From assembly GCA_016792845.1 (NCBI GenBank), contig JAEUKH010000018.1, positions 74,984 through 138,983 of the forward strand: a DNA stretch of 64,000 bases, written 5' to 3'. Under the pieces are notes generated by a model. That model made no database searches. It had not been told where the DNA came from and saw nothing but the letters and a program-made list of their open reading frames with translations. Below are positions 9,882 through 19,777 of the stretch, in pieces. A program made the position numbers and the translations under genes. How positions within the stretch are numbered: position 1 is the first letter of the stretch; each line of letters starts with the position of its first letter. This DNA is from Myxococcales bacterium. GTDB taxonomy: Bacteria; Myxococcota_A; Polyangia; Polyangiales; Ga0077539.

Positions 9882-12656
9882 TCAACGCCTCGACGCGGGC
9901 GCGGGCGCTGCGAGCGGCGCTGTGGGGTTCTGCCCTGCGCGAAGTTCGGCCATGCGCGCACGAATGGCCGCCGCGTCGTCGGGCGCCATCGCGAGCGCGG
10001 TCTCGTACATTCTCAAACTGTCGTCGCGGCGTTGTGATTGCGCGAGGGCGTGAGCGACCCGCAAGGTCAGCCCCAGATTCTCGGGGTCGAGCTCGATGAG
10101 CGGTGTCTGAAGTTCAGCCACCTCGGGCCAGCGCCGCGCCTCGCTGAGGCCCTCGATGAGCGCCCCGAGGGCCTCGCGGTGGTGCTGATCGCGTCGCACC
10201 ACCTCAGCCAGCGCGGCGAGCCGCTCGCGAGGCATCGCGGCGGGGTCGAGGGCCTCGGCGAGCGACCACCACGCGTCGCCCTGGGTCGGGTCGAGGGCCG
10301 TAAGCCTTTCGAGCGCCCGACGCGCCCGCGGGCGATCTCCGAGGCGCGACGCGACCCGCGCCTCAAGGCTCCGAAGGGCGGGGCCGTCGAGCCCTTGCGC
10401 GAAGAGCGCCTCAAGGTCGGCGAGCGCCTCACGCGGAGCCTCCCCTTGGGCGCCCATGAGGGCCCTCAGGTACCGCGCGAGGGGCTGCGTCGCGTCGAGG
10501 GCGAGGGCCGCGTCGAGCTCACTCCGCGCCGCGTCGCGCTCGCCGTGGGTGAAGCGCGCGGCGGCGAGCTCGGCCCGCGCCTCGGCAACGCGCGGCGACG
10601 CTTCGGCCGCGCGCGCAAAGGGCTCGATCGAGGCGAAGCGCTCGAGGTCGGGGTCGAAATGCGCGCGGTACCGGGGCCCGAGGCGCGCTTCGAGGTCGCG
10701 CCGAAAGGCCGCGTCGAGGGCGTCGACCGAGACCCCGAGCGAGGCCTCGAGCGCCTCGGCGGTGCTCGCCCCTTCGGCGAACCGCGGCAGCGCCGAGGCC
10801 ACACGCTCGAAGCCGTATTGCGCGATCATGAAGGCCATGAGCTGCGAGGCGGCGTAGTAGGCCACCAACATCGCGCGGCCCGAGCGGGCGTGGGTAAACG
10901 CGCGGTTGAAGCTGGCCACCGTGGGCAGCCGTTGGCCCCGCAGCGCGGCCCAGAGCGCGGGGTCTTCTTCGCGGGCCCAACGCGGGTGACCGTGAAAGGC
11001 CTCCCACTCGCTCAAGCCCTCGGTGAACCAGCGCGGCACCCTTGAGCGCGAGCGCTGAATCGCGAAGACGTGGGCGAGCTCGTGCCACACGATCTGCGAC
11101 CAGTTGAAGGCCCCGGCCCGGGGCGAGAGCGCCGTCACCACGCGCCCGAAGCACACCCCCTGGACGCCGATCTCAGGCTCGCCCGCGGTGCGCACGGCGA
11201 AGTCTTCTTCGCGGGCGTAGAGCTCGATCGAGAGCGGCCCCTCGGGGGTAAACCCGTACCGCGCCACCATCTCGTCGTAGGCGGCGCCGAGCATCGCGGG
11301 CACATACCGCCGCAGCACCGGCGCCTCGTCACGGTGGTACCGCACCCGAAAGGGCCCCACGGTGTCGACCACGTAGCCCGCGGGGAGCGTCTGCTCATAG
11401 AAGTTCAAGAGGTTCGACGCGCGCACGTTGTAGCGGTTGGCCGCGAAGCTCAACCGCAGCGCCGCGACGCCGCCGGCCTCGTCGCCCACCCTCAGGCGGT
11501 TGAAGCCGTAGAGCGCGTTGACCCGCGAGGCGAGCCGCGGGTCGCCCGCAAACACGGGCAGGCTCAGGGCCTCTCGCATCAGCGTCGCGGCCTCGTCGTA
11601 GCGGTGCTCCCAGTCGGCGAAATCGCCCAGGGCCTCTTCGACCGCCGCGCTGCGGGGCGCCTCGCGCCGACACGCCGCGAGGGCCGCCGCGAGGGCGTCT
11701 CGGTCGTTGCGGTGAAAGGCCAGCAGCGCGCGCCCGATCGCCAGGTCGAGCCCCCGCGGGTTCACCCGCTCCGACGCCGCGAAGTGTTGCACCGCACCCG
11801 CAACGTCGTCGTCGCGGAGCGCCACCATGCCGCGCACCGCGAGCCCCGCCGCGTGCCGGGGGTTGATCGCCAGGAGCGCGTCAAGGTCGGCCGCCGCCCG
11901 GGTGAGGTCGTGGTTCGAGGTGAGCCTCAGCCGCGCGCGCAAGAGCAGCGCCTCGGGGTGCCGAGGCTGCGCCGCGAGCACCGCCGTGACGGCCTCGCCC
12001 GCGGGCGCGTAGTCTTCGGTGGTCATCATCAGTGCGGCCTGGGTGAGGTTGGCCTCGCCGTGCGAGGGCGCCACCGCGAGGGCCTCGTTGAGCGCCGTCG
12101 CGGCGTTGCGGAGCGCCCCGAGCGCCCAGGTCGCCTCGGCCACCGCGGTGAGAAAATTCGCGTCGCCGAGCACACCCGGCGGCCCCGCGGCGCGCGGCGC
12201 GGCGTCGTTGTACGCATCGATCAAGGGGTTGGCGACCTCGCGCAGCACCTCACGCGACGCGCGCACCGCCAGCACGCGCAAGAGCCTCGCGCGGGCGAGA
12301 TCGCTCGGCCGACCCGGCGCCCGGGCGATGGCGGCCTCCCACGCCGCGCGGGCCTCTTCGGGGCGCCCCGTGGCCCATTCGAGCTCACCGAGCACGGTCA
12401 ACGCGCGAACCCCCTCGGGGCCTCGCACAAGCGGCGTCAGGAGCGCCCGCGCGAGCTCGTAACGCCCCGTGGCGAGCCGCCCCTCGGCCATCAACACCTG
12501 CGCGACGGCGCGGTCGCCTCCGCGCGCCGCGAGGCCCAATCGCTCGACCTCGTCGTAGGCCCCACGCGCGAGCGCGCCGCGGATCGCGACGGGGTCGGCG
12601 GCGGCCACGCGTGACGCGAAGAGCACCGCCAGCGCGACGCCCCCGCCCCGGGTCAC
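9882..12656 (-). CDS. TPR-repeat protein with an HEXXH(+E) zinc-metallopeptidase-like domain. Probable GTG start at 12656 overlapping the upstream stop (GTGA).
   Basis: 'WHELAHVFAIQ...FTEGLSEWEAF' gluzincin motif. Multiple TPR-like Ala/Leu-rich repeats. The putative signal peptide 'VTRGGGVALAVLFASRVAAADP' begins right at the YqgE stop. Confidence 0.7.
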   Translation of the reverse strand: MTRGGGVALAVLFASRVAAADPVAIRGALARGAYDEVERLGLAARGGDRAVAQVLMAEGRLATGRYELARALLTPLVRGPEGVRALTVLGELEWATGRPEEARAAWEAAIARAPGRPSDLARARLLRVLAVRASREVLREVANPLIDAYNDAAPRAAGPPGVLGDANFLTAVAEATWALGALRNAATALNEALAVAPSHGEANLTQAALMMTTEDYAPAGEAVTAVLAAQPRHPEALLLRARLRLTSNHDLTRAAADLDALLAINPRHAAGLAVRGMVALRDDDVAGAVQHFAASERVNPRGLDLAIGRALLAFHRNDRDALAAALAACRREAPRSAAVEEALGDFADWEHRYDEAATLMREALSLPVFAGDPRLASRVNALYGFNRLRVGDEAGGVAALRLSFAANRYNVRASNLLNFYEQTLPAGYVVDTVGPFRVRYHRDEAPVLRRYVPAMLGAAYDEMVARYGFTPEGPLSIELYAREEDFAVRTAGEPEIGVQGVCFGRVVTALSPRAGAFNWSQIVWHELAHVFAIQRSRSRVPRWFTEGLSEWEAFHGHPRWAREEDPALWAALRGQRLPTVASFNRAFTHARSGRAMLVAYYAASQLMAFMIAQYGFERVASALPRFAEGASTAEALEASLGVSVDALDAAFRRDLEARLGPRYRAHFDPDLERFASIEPFARAAEASPRVAEARAELAAARFTHGERDAARSELDAALALDATQPLARYLRALMGAQGEAPREALADLEALFAQGLDGPALRSLEARVASRLGDRPRARRALERLTALDPTQGDAWWSLAEALDPAAMPRERLAALAEVVRRDQHHREALGALIEGLSEARRWPEVAELQTPLIELDPENLGLTLRVAHALAQSQRRDDSLRMYETALAMAPDDAAAIRARMAELRAGQNPTAPLAAPAPASRR

Positions 12657-13234
12657 GCAGAGCCCCCGCGGCTCGTAAAGGCCCCCGGCGCGATGCCGAC
12701 GCTGCGCTTGTAGGCCCGCTCCCACAGCTGCTCGGGCGAGGTCTCGAGGATCATCTCGGCGTCGACGCCGACCGGCAGCCAGACCCCCTCGGCGATCTCG
12801 CCCTCGAGCTGCCCCGGGCCCCAACCGGCGTAGCCGAGAAAGAGCCGAAAGTCTTTGTCTTGCGAGAGCATGAGCTCACGCAGCGCGTCCATGTCGCCGG
12901 TGACGGCGAGGGCTTCGTTGACGGCGATTTCGCCCTCCCACGGGCTCTCTTCGCGTCGGTAGAGCACCCACCCGGTGGCCCCCGCGACGGGCCCGCCCAC
13001 CCGCGCCGGGAGCGCGAAGGCCCCCGCCTCGACGAGGGTCACCGCCTCGGGCACGAGCCCCGCCGTAGTGAGCAGCGACGCGACGGGTTCGAGCCCGCGA
13101 CCGTTGACCACCCAGCCGAGCGCGCCCTCTGCGTCGTGCCGCGCGAGGAGCACCACCGTCCGTTCAAAGTTTGGGTCGCCCAAGCGCGGCGCGGCCAACA
13201 ACAATCCCGGTGCGAGGCTCTGTGATTTTGTCAT
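12653..13234 (-). CDS. YqgE/AlgH family protein (UPF0301/DUF179)
   Basis: The conserved N-terminus 'LAPGLLLAAPRLGDPNFERTVVLL..HD..GA.G.V.N' is typical of YqgE/AlgH. Confidence 0.8.
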   Translation of the reverse strand: MTKSQSLAPGLLLAAPRLGDPNFERTVVLLARHDAEGALGWVVNGRGLEPVASLLTTAGLVPEAVTLVEAGAFALPARVGGPVAGATGWVLYRREESPWEGEIAVNEALAVTGDMDALRELMLSQDKDFRLFLGYAGWGPGQLEGEIAEGVWLPVGVDAEMILETSPEQLWERAYKRSVGIAPGAFTSRGGSA

Positions 13235-13324
13235 GCGGAGCGCGGGGGTGCGTACCGAGACGGCCCACGGTCACCGCGACCCGCCGCCTCTGCAACACAC
13301 CCGCGGGAGTCTACGCCACGGGCC

Positions 13325-14869
13325 TCACTCGGGCACGTCTTCTCCGCGCGCGACCCGCTCGTCGCGCTCGGCCTCGATCACCGAGAGAAAGGGGTGCGCG
13401 CAGTCGGGGTCAAACTGCGAGCCCGCGCAGCGCGAGATCTCTTTCGTCGCGACCTCGTGCGGGAGCGCCTTGCGATAGCTCCGGTCTGAGGTCATCGCGT
13501 CGTAGGTGTCGGCCACCGAGATGATCCGCGCGATCAACGGGATGTCTTTCGCCGCGAGGCCCACCGGGTAGCCCTTACCGTCCCACCGCTCGTGGTGGCA
13601 GTAGACCCCCGGCACGAGCTTGTGCAGAAACTTGATCGGCTCAAGGATCTCGCGGCCGAAGCCCGGGTGCTGCTTGAAGATCGCGTACTCTTGCGGCGAC
13701 AGCTGCCCGGGCCGGTTGAGGTTCAGCACGCACCCGATCTTGCCGATGTCGTGCATGAGCGCGGCCTGCCGCACGATCTCGATGTCGTCGGCCGCGAGCC
13801 CGAGATTCTTCGCGAGCAGCGCCGCATAGTAGGCCACGCGGTCTGAGTGCCCGGCGGTGTAGCGATCCATCTTGTCGATGGCGCGCGCGAGGCCCTGAAT
13901 GGTCTGGTTGAAGGTCGCCTGGAGGTCTTCGTAGAGCCGCGCGTTCTCGATCGCCGCCGCGGCCCGAGAGCCGATCGCGTGGAGGAGCTTGCGCTGCCCC
14001 TCATCAAAGCGGCGCGCCCGCTGGAGCCCCACCACCACGACGTAGCCTACCACCTCGTTGCGCACCCGCAGCGGCGTCGCCATCAGCGCGTACGCCACGA
14101 AGCGCTCGCTCGGAGCGCTGAAGAACTGAACGACCCGCGGGCCCGACACGTTCAGCACGCTCTCGCTGCGAAAGTGATCGCCGAGCGACTCGAGGTCGAG
14201 CTCGAGGGTCTGGAGCGCCGTCGCGTGCTCGACGAACGAGCGCCCCACCCGGCGCATGCGCTCGAAGAACGCCCCCTCCTGGCTGCGAAACGCCACCATC
14301 GTGAGGTCGGCGTCGACGTCATGAACCGCGGCGTCGCCCACCGTGGTGAGCACCTCTTCGAGCGAGAGCGAGGCCGCGATGGCCTCACCCACTTTGTAGA
14401 GCGACAGCGCCTCTTTGAGCCGCATGTTCTCAGCTTCGAGGCGCCGCTTCTCTAGCCCGCGCTGAAGCAGGTGGACCACCTCTTCGATGCGAAAGGGCTT
14501 GAGCACATAGTCGTAGGCGCCGCGCTTCATCGCGTCGATGGCGGTCTCGACGGTGCCGAAGGCCGTCATGATGACGGTCACCACCCTCGGCCATCGCGCG
14601 CGCAGATGTTCGAGCAATTCGAGCCCGCCCATCTCGGGCATTTTCAGATCGCTGAGCACAAGATCGTACTCGTTCAGCTCAAGCTCGCGCAGGGCCTCGC
14701 GACCGTTGGGGGCCGTGCGTACCCTGAAGCCTTCGAGCGAGAGAAAATCAGCGAGAATCTCGCGAATCATCTGCTCGTCATCGACCACCAGCACGCGCGG
14801 CGCCGAATCATGGGCGCTCTCATCCATCGGGTGAGCATCAGTCTCGCCGCGTTGCGAGGCCCGCGTCAA
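13325..14869 (-). CDS. Response regulator with REC + GAF + HD-GYP (c-di-GMP phosphodiesterase, RpfG-like) domains
   Basis: REC domain 'VLVVDDEQMIREI...LVLSDLKMPEMGG'. HD-GYP motifs 'HDIGKIG' and 'HHERWDGKGYP'. Confidence 0.85.
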   Translation of the reverse strand: MTRASQRGETDAHPMDESAHDSAPRVLVVDDEQMIREILADFLSLEGFRVRTAPNGREALRELELNEYDLVLSDLKMPEMGGLELLEHLRARWPRVVTVIMTAFGTVETAIDAMKRGAYDYVLKPFRIEEVVHLLQRGLEKRRLEAENMRLKEALSLYKVGEAIAASLSLEEVLTTVGDAAVHDVDADLTMVAFRSQEGAFFERMRRVGRSFVEHATALQTLELDLESLGDHFRSESVLNVSGPRVVQFFSAPSERFVAYALMATPLRVRNEVVGYVVVVGLQRARRFDEGQRKLLHAIGSRAAAAIENARLYEDLQATFNQTIQGLARAIDKMDRYTAGHSDRVAYYAALLAKNLGLAADDIEIVRQAALMHDIGKIGCVLNLNRPGQLSPQEYAIFKQHPGFGREILEPIKFLHKLVPGVYCHHERWDGKGYPVGLAAKDIPLIARIISVADTYDAMTSDRSYRKALPHEVATKEISRCAGSQFDPDCAHPFLSVIEAERDERVARGEDVPE

Positions 14870-14888
14870 CGCTCACCTTTCGACAAAC

Positions 14889-16607
14889 TCACCCCACCGT
14901 CTCGGGGCGCGGCGCGGGGCCCTCTTCGCGCGGCGCGTTCGGCAGCCGCGGCCCTGGCCCAGGCTCGGGGCGCGGGGTCGGCGCGTCGGGCACGCCGCCG
15001 TTCTGCAAGATCGCCGGCTCGGCGTTGAAGGTGCCGCACTGACGGTTGTTGCGATGAAAGCTCCACCGCAAATAGACCCGGTGATCGCCCGACAGGATCG
15101 CCGCCGGCGCGTCGCCGTAGGGCCCCGAGCGCCGCACGGCGTTGAGCGCGGCCACGTCAAAGGGCAGCACTCCGCTCGTGCGAACCACCCCCACGCGGTG
15201 CACCGACCCGTCGCGCTCGAGCACGATCTCAAGGGTCGTGGCGAGGTTCATGTCATTCATCGGCGAGTCGCTCGGCCCCGCGGCGAGCCCCGCCAAGAAG
15301 GTGTCGGCGAAGAGGCGATGAATCCGCCGATGCATCGCCGTGATGTACTCGGCGAAGGGCGAGGCCGCCGTGCGCAGCGCCGTCTGATTGCCCACCCGGA
15401 TCGAGGGCGTAAAATTCTCGATCGCTTCGCGGGTCTGACGCCAGTTCTCGGCGTAGCTGCCCCGGGCCTCGCTGCGCCGCTCGGCCGCGATGCGCTGCAT
15501 TCGGTCGAGCTCTTGGGCGCCGTACACCGACGCGAAGGTCGAGAAGCTCGGCAAGAGCGCCGCCAAGGCCCGCGACGCGCCCATGCCGCGAACCCCGACG
15601 TGGTCGCCGCCGTGGCCCTCATCGCCGCCGTGGCCGCCCGCCGCGCCCGCCGCGCCCCCAGCACCCGCCGCGCCGCCGCCTTGGCTCCCCTGGGCCCCCC
15701 CCGCGCCCCCTTGGCCCACCGCGACCACCACCTCGCCGTCGCCCGTGGCCGTGGGCGTCGGGTCGCCGTGGGTGCCGCTGCGCCCTCCCTCGGCCGCGGC
15801 CGCGCCGCTCGGCCCCGAGGCGCCGTTGCGAGGCCCCGCCGCGCGGTCTTGCGAGGCCCGCTGGTTGCCGCTCTGCGACGCCGTGCCGGGCCGATCGGGG
15901 CGCGCCGCGGGAGAGGTCACCGCCGCGGTGGGGCGCTGCGACGCCGTCGCCACCCGCGGGCTCTGCTCAGGGTGCGGTGACTCATCAGGGACGGCGTTGC
16001 GGTCGCCCTCACGGTCGCGCGAATCGGCCGAGCGGTCGCGGTTGGCGTTGCCCGGCCTCGGGTCGCTGCTGCTCCGCGGAGCACCCCCCACCTGCGGCGC
16101 AGGGTCGTCGCGGTTGAGGTTGCGCACCGCCGCCACGGTCTCTTCTTCGACGTTGCGGTTGTCTTGCGCGAGAAAGTGCGGGTCGTCAGGCCGCGCCTCG
16201 GCGGTGGCGCTCCGCTGGTGCACAAACTGCCGGTTGGGCAAGGCCCGCGGCGGAGGCGGCGGAGGCGGCGGCTGGAGCACCGACGGCATCGGCACCACCA
16301 CCCGCGGCGCGGGCGCGGGCGGCGTGGGCGCGGGGGCCTCAGGCCGAGCACGCTCTGGTGTCGCGCGCGCCCCAGGAGGCTGAACCGTCGGCGCGTTCGG
16401 CGCCACGGGCTGAGGCGTCTGCGTGGGTTGCGTAAACTCGAACTCGACCTCGCTCACCCCGGGCGTCGCCGCCCCCAACGCGGCAGGCTGCGGCTGCGAG
16501 GCGTAACGGTCTGCGAGGGTCTCGGTGCCCCGAAAAAAGCCGAGGTGGAGCAACAGCGACACGCTCGCCCAGAGGTACAACGGGATGAGCAGCTCGCCGC
16601 GACGCAC
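14889..16607 (-). CDS. Putative TonB-family protein: N-terminal membrane anchor, a very long Pro/Gly-rich spacer and a TonB-C-like domain
   Basis: N-terminal TM segment 'LLIPLYLWASVSLLLHLGFF'. Long Pro-rich tract (PPPPPPPP). C-terminal 'GSVHRVGVVRTSGVLPFDVAALNAVRRSGPYGDAP' resembles the TonB C-terminal fold. Confidence 0.5.
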   Translation of the reverse strand: MRRGELLIPLYLWASVSLLLHLGFFRGTETLADRYASQPQPAALGAATPGVSEVEFEFTQPTQTPQPVAPNAPTVQPPGARATPERARPEAPAPTPPAPAPRVVVPMPSVLQPPPPPPPPRALPNRQFVHQRSATAEARPDDPHFLAQDNRNVEEETVAAVRNLNRDDPAPQVGGAPRSSSDPRPGNANRDRSADSRDREGDRNAVPDESPHPEQSPRVATASQRPTAAVTSPAARPDRPGTASQSGNQRASQDRAAGPRNGASGPSGAAAAEGGRSGTHGDPTPTATGDGEVVVAVGQGGAGGAQGSQGGGAAGAGGAAGAAGGHGGDEGHGGDHVGVRGMGASRALAALLPSFSTFASVYGAQELDRMQRIAAERRSEARGSYAENWRQTREAIENFTPSIRVGNQTALRTAASPFAEYITAMHRRIHRLFADTFLAGLAAGPSDSPMNDMNLATTLEIVLERDGSVHRVGVVRTSGVLPFDVAALNAVRRSGPYGDAPAAILSGDHRVYLRWSFHRNNRQCGTFNAEPAILQNGGVPDAPTPRPEPGPGPRLPNAPREEGPAPRPETVG

Positions 16608-16652
16608 GGTACCCGACTGCCTAGCACCCGCAGGGCCCCATCGGCAATCGAC

Positions 16653-17258
16653 TCACCGCGAGCCCCCCGCGCGAAACCACGACGGCAACGTCACCGTCAC
16701 CCTCACCTCAAAGCCCCGGAGCGCCGCGTCGAGCACCTCGCGACGCGACCCGCGCGGCGTCTCAGCCCGCAGCTTCGCCATCGCCAACGAGAACGCGCCC
16801 ACGGGCTCGGCGAGCCCCGCGGCGAGACCGTCGCGCAGCCGCCGGAGGAGCCCAGGGCTCTGCCCTCCAGAGGCAAAACCCATTGAAATTACACCGAATT
16901 CTGCCGTCGCAAGGTTACTGAGCGAGCAGCTCTCGGGTTGATCGATGGCGCAAAAGAGCACCCCCCTCGCCTCACAGTCGGCGAAGAGCGCGGCGGCCCG
17001 CGCGGGGTCGCCGGGGGCGAGCATCACCACGCGAAAGGGCCCGCCGGGCGCGTCGAGCGAGAACGGGGCGCGCTGCACCGAGACCCCCGCGAGGCCGCCG
17101 AGGGCTTGCGCGACGGGGCCCGCGGGCGCGCACTCGTAGACCTCGACCCTGGCCCCCGCGAGGGCGAGCTTTGACGCCTTGGCGAGCACCTCGGCGTCGT
17201 CACCGATCACCGCGCAGCGGCGGCCCTCAAGCACGAGGCCAGCGAGAAAGGTCTTCAT
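16653..17258 (-). CDS. Precorrin-2 dehydrogenase / sirohydrochlorin ferrochelatase (SirC / CysG N-terminal domain family). Start placed at internal ATG 17258.
   Basis: 'MKTFLAGLVLEGRRCAVIGDDAEVLAKASKLALAGARVEV' and 'VVMLAPGDPARAAALFADCEARGVLFCAIDQPE' align with the E. coli CysG N-terminus. The upstream ORF portion is Arg-rich shadow. Confidence 0.65.
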   Translation of the reverse strand: MKTFLAGLVLEGRRCAVIGDDAEVLAKASKLALAGARVEVYECAPAGPVAQALGGLAGVSVQRAPFSLDAPGGPFRVVMLAPGDPARAAALFADCEARGVLFCAIDQPESCSLSNLATAEFGVISMGFASGGQSPGLLRRLRDGLAAGLAEPVGAFSLAMAKLRAETPRGSRREVLDAALRGFEVRVTVTLPSWFRAGGSR

Positions 17259-17336
17259 CGGGGTGTCACGCGCGGCGCGAGCATCGCATGTCGAGGCTTG
17301 TTGTGGGCGCCGCTCGAAGCGTAGAAACAACGCCGC

Positions 17337-18452
17337 ATGAGACGAGACGGCGTGACCGCGAGCAAAGAGTGGGAGGCCTTCGCGGGGCCCTCGACCCCGA
17401 CCGAGCGACTCCGGGCGGCCTACCTGGCGGCGCGCCCCGACGCGGCGCGGCTCCATCGCATCACGGCGCCCATCGAGCCGCCGCCCGAGGGGTGTGTGGC
17501 GGCGCTCCCGTCGACGGGTGCCCCTGAGCGGGCGGCCCTCGAAGCCGAGGGTTCGGCGCGCATCGCCGCGGGCGAGCTCGGGGTGGTGATCTTGGCGGGC
17601 GGCATGGCGACGCGCTTCGGCTCGGTGATCAAGGCCCTGGCCGAGGTCTTCGTGGGCGAGGAGTCTCGCTTCATCGACGGCAAGCGCGCTGACCTCGCGC
17701 GTTGGGGCGGCACGGTGAGGGCCGCGCTGATGACCAGCTTCTCGACCCACCGGGGCATCTCTGAGGTGATCGCGGCCGAAGGCCTCTCGGGGGTCTTCGA
17801 GCTCTTTCCGCAGTACGCGGCGGCGCGGATGACGCCCGAGGGTGCCCCCTTCTACGACGACGACGGCACCGTCTCGGGCTACGCCACGGGCCACGGCGAT
17901 CTCGCCGAAGCGATGGTGGCCTCGGGCCTCGTCGCGTCGTGGCGCGCGGCGGGGGTTCGCACGATCTTGATGTCAAACGTCGACAACCTCGGCGCCACCA
18001 TCGAACCCGCCCTCTACGCGCAGCACCGACGCTCGGGCTGCGCCATCAGCGTCGAGCTCGTGGCCAAGCGCCCAGGCGACCGTGGCGGGCTGCCCGTTCA
18101 GCTCGACGGGCGCCTCGTCTTGGCCGAGGCCTTTCGGCTGCCGCAGGGCTTCCCCAGTGAGCACTTTCCGCTGTTTAACACCAACACCTTGTGGATCGAC
18201 CTTGAGGCCCTCGAAGCCAGCGCCACCGCGACCACCCCGTGGACGTGGTGCGTCGCCGAAAAGAAGGTCGACGGCCGCGACGCCGTGCAGTTCGAGCGCC
18301 TCGTGGGCGAGCTCACCTGGTGGCACGACACCGCCTACGTTCAAGTGCCCCGCGACGGCGCCGCGTCGCGCTTCATCCCCGTGAAAGACGTCGAAGACCG
18401 CGAGCGCTACGCCGCCGAGCTGCGGGCCGTCTGGTCACGCTTTCTGCGCTGA
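17337..18452 (+). CDS. UDP-sugar pyrophosphorylase (UTP--glucose-1-phosphate uridylyltransferase, UGPase/UAP family)
   Basis: Nucleotidyltransferase motif 'GVVILAGGMATRFG'. The 'LMTSFSTH' and 'NVDNLGA' blocks are typical of the UDPGP family. Confidence 0.75.
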   Translation: MRRDGVTASKEWEAFAGPSTPTERLRAAYLAARPDAARLHRITAPIEPPPEGCVAALPSTGAPERAALEAEGSARIAAGELGVVILAGGMATRFGSVIKALAEVFVGEESRFIDGKRADLARWGGTVRAALMTSFSTHRGISEVIAAEGLSGVFELFPQYAAARMTPEGAPFYDDDGTVSGYATGHGDLAEAMVASGLVASWRAAGVRTILMSNVDNLGATIEPALYAQHRRSGCAISVELVAKRPGDRGGLPVQLDGRLVLAEAFRLPQGFPSEHFPLFNTNTLWIDLEALEASATATTPWTWCVAEKKVDGRDAVQFERLVGELTWWHDTAYVQVPRDGAASRFIPVKDVEDRERYAAELRAVWSRFLR

Positions 18453-19433
18453 CGCCGCGGGCCACGAGAGCACCGCGAGGGCCGCCACCAAGAGCGCAGC
18501 GCCGAGCCACTCACCGCGCCCCGGGAGCCGCGCCAGGCCGAGCGCCCACATCACCGAAGCGCCCACCACCCCCGCCAAGACGCTCGACGCGCGGTTCACC
18601 GGCACCGAGAAAGAGTTCTCGCGACGGTCGAGCAAGATGAGCCCGCCGAACACACCCGTGAGCTGCGAGAAGACCCCGATCAAGATCAGCACCCAGCCCA
18701 CAGTCTGACCCCAGTACGCGCTGAACCCCTCTCGGAGCCGCGACGACGCGTCGCCCTGCCCCGCCCACGCCCAGACGCTCAGCGCCAGCAGAGAGAGCGG
18801 CGAGGCCACGAGCTGCTCTTCCACAAAGAAGCGACGGCTCTGCCCAGCGTCACGCTGCTTCGCCGCCCGGGTCATCACCTGAAGCCGCACGAAATACGCC
18901 GCGAGGTAGACCCCGATGTCGACCGCCGCCGCGAAGGGGAGCGCGAAACCGCGACGCCCCCAGAACACCACCCCGAGCGAGCCGAGGGTCAGCGCCAACG
19001 CGACCCAACTGCGGGCCGCGATGCGGCGCCCGCTCAGCCCGTCGACCGCCGGCGCCACCAGCAAGACGCCCCCGCGCATGAGCAGCATCGCGAACACCAC
19101 CGAGACGCCCTCGAAGGTGTACGCGAGGGTCGTCGTCACCAAGATCGCCGCGGTGCAGAGCCCCGAGAGCGCCGTCACCCCGCGCGGTCGCGGCAAACGC
19201 TGCGCGCCCTCGGCGCCCCGCGACGCCTCGTGCCACCAGCCCGTCGCGAGCAGAAACACCGCCATCGCGACGGTCGACGCGAGCACCGTCAGGGGCAACA
19301 CCACCAGGCCGTCAAGGCGCGGCCCGAAGACCCCCGACGAGAGCGCCTTGGTGAGCGCGGCGTAGGGCACATAGGCCGCGAAATAGCCGAAGGCCCACCA
19401 CCAGATCGAAGGCCCTTCGGCGCGCGCGTTCAT
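18435..19433 (-). CDS. Polytopic integral membrane protein (~10 TM), unknown family
   Basis: Hydrophobic helices throughout. Start taken at 'MNARAEG'. Convergent with, and slightly overlapping, the UGPase 3' end. Confidence 0.55.
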   Translation of the reverse strand: MNARAEGPSIWWWAFGYFAAYVPYAALTKALSSGVFGPRLDGLVVLPLTVLASTVAMAVFLLATGWWHEASRGAEGAQRLPRPRGVTALSGLCTAAILVTTTLAYTFEGVSVVFAMLLMRGGVLLVAPAVDGLSGRRIAARSWVALALTLGSLGVVFWGRRGFALPFAAAVDIGVYLAAYFVRLQVMTRAAKQRDAGQSRRFFVEEQLVASPLSLLALSVWAWAGQGDASSRLREGFSAYWGQTVGWVLILIGVFSQLTGVFGGLILLDRRENSFSVPVNRASSVLAGVVGASVMWALGLARLPGRGEWLGAALLVAALAVLSWPAASAQKA

Positions 19434-19501
19434 CAGAAGGGAGGCTCGCACAAAGCGGGCCGGGCGGAGGGGCCCGAAGCGTAGACCGAGGCGCCCCAAA
19501 C

Positions 19502-19525
19502 GAAGAGGGCCTCGGTTGAGGCCCT
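19502..19525 (-). terminator. Perfect GC-rich hairpin (10-bp stem AGAGGGCCTC / GAGGCCCTCT, 4-nt loop) just downstream of the small minus-strand ORF
   Basis: Direct read of the inverted repeat at 19502-19525. Confidence 0.6.
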
Positions 19526-19534
19526 CTCAGTCAC

Positions 19535-19684
19535 TCACTTGGCGGTCTCGGTCGGCGCCGCAACCTCGATGTGGATCGGGAAGGCCGGGGTGCCGTTGGC
19601 GCGTCGGGCGCGCTTGTTGACCTTGCCGTTGGTGGTTTTCTTGCGACGACGAATGCGGTTGGTTTGCTGCGTAAACGAGACCAT
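19535..19684 (-). CDS. Small, highly basic 49-aa ORF (MVSFTQQTNRIRRRKKTTNGKVNKRARRANGTPAFPIHIEVAAPTETAK). It is absent from the ORF track because it is under 60 aa.
   Basis: ATG at 19684 and TGA at 19537-19535, followed immediately by the hairpin. AT-richer codons than the surroundings. No confident family match. Confidence 0.3.
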   Translation of the reverse strand: MVSFTQQTNRIRRRKKTTNGKVNKRARRANGTPAFPIHIEVAAPTETAK

Positions 19685-19777
19685 GTTCAATCCTTCATGC
19701 AAAGGCGGTAGTACACCAGGAATGAGGGGCGCGGATGCTACCCGAGCTTACACCCCTCGTCAACCCTCAGCCCCACA

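Noticed and set aside
11070-12614. 514-aa plus-strand ORF opposite the TPR-peptidase gene
   Set aside because: Arg/Gly/His-rich shadow ORF. The minus frame carries HEXXH and TPR features.
15054-16886. Plus-strand ORFs (15054..15980, 15490..16383, 16164..16886) opposite the TonB-like gene
   Set aside because: Shadow ORFs across a Pro/Gly-rich region. No motifs.
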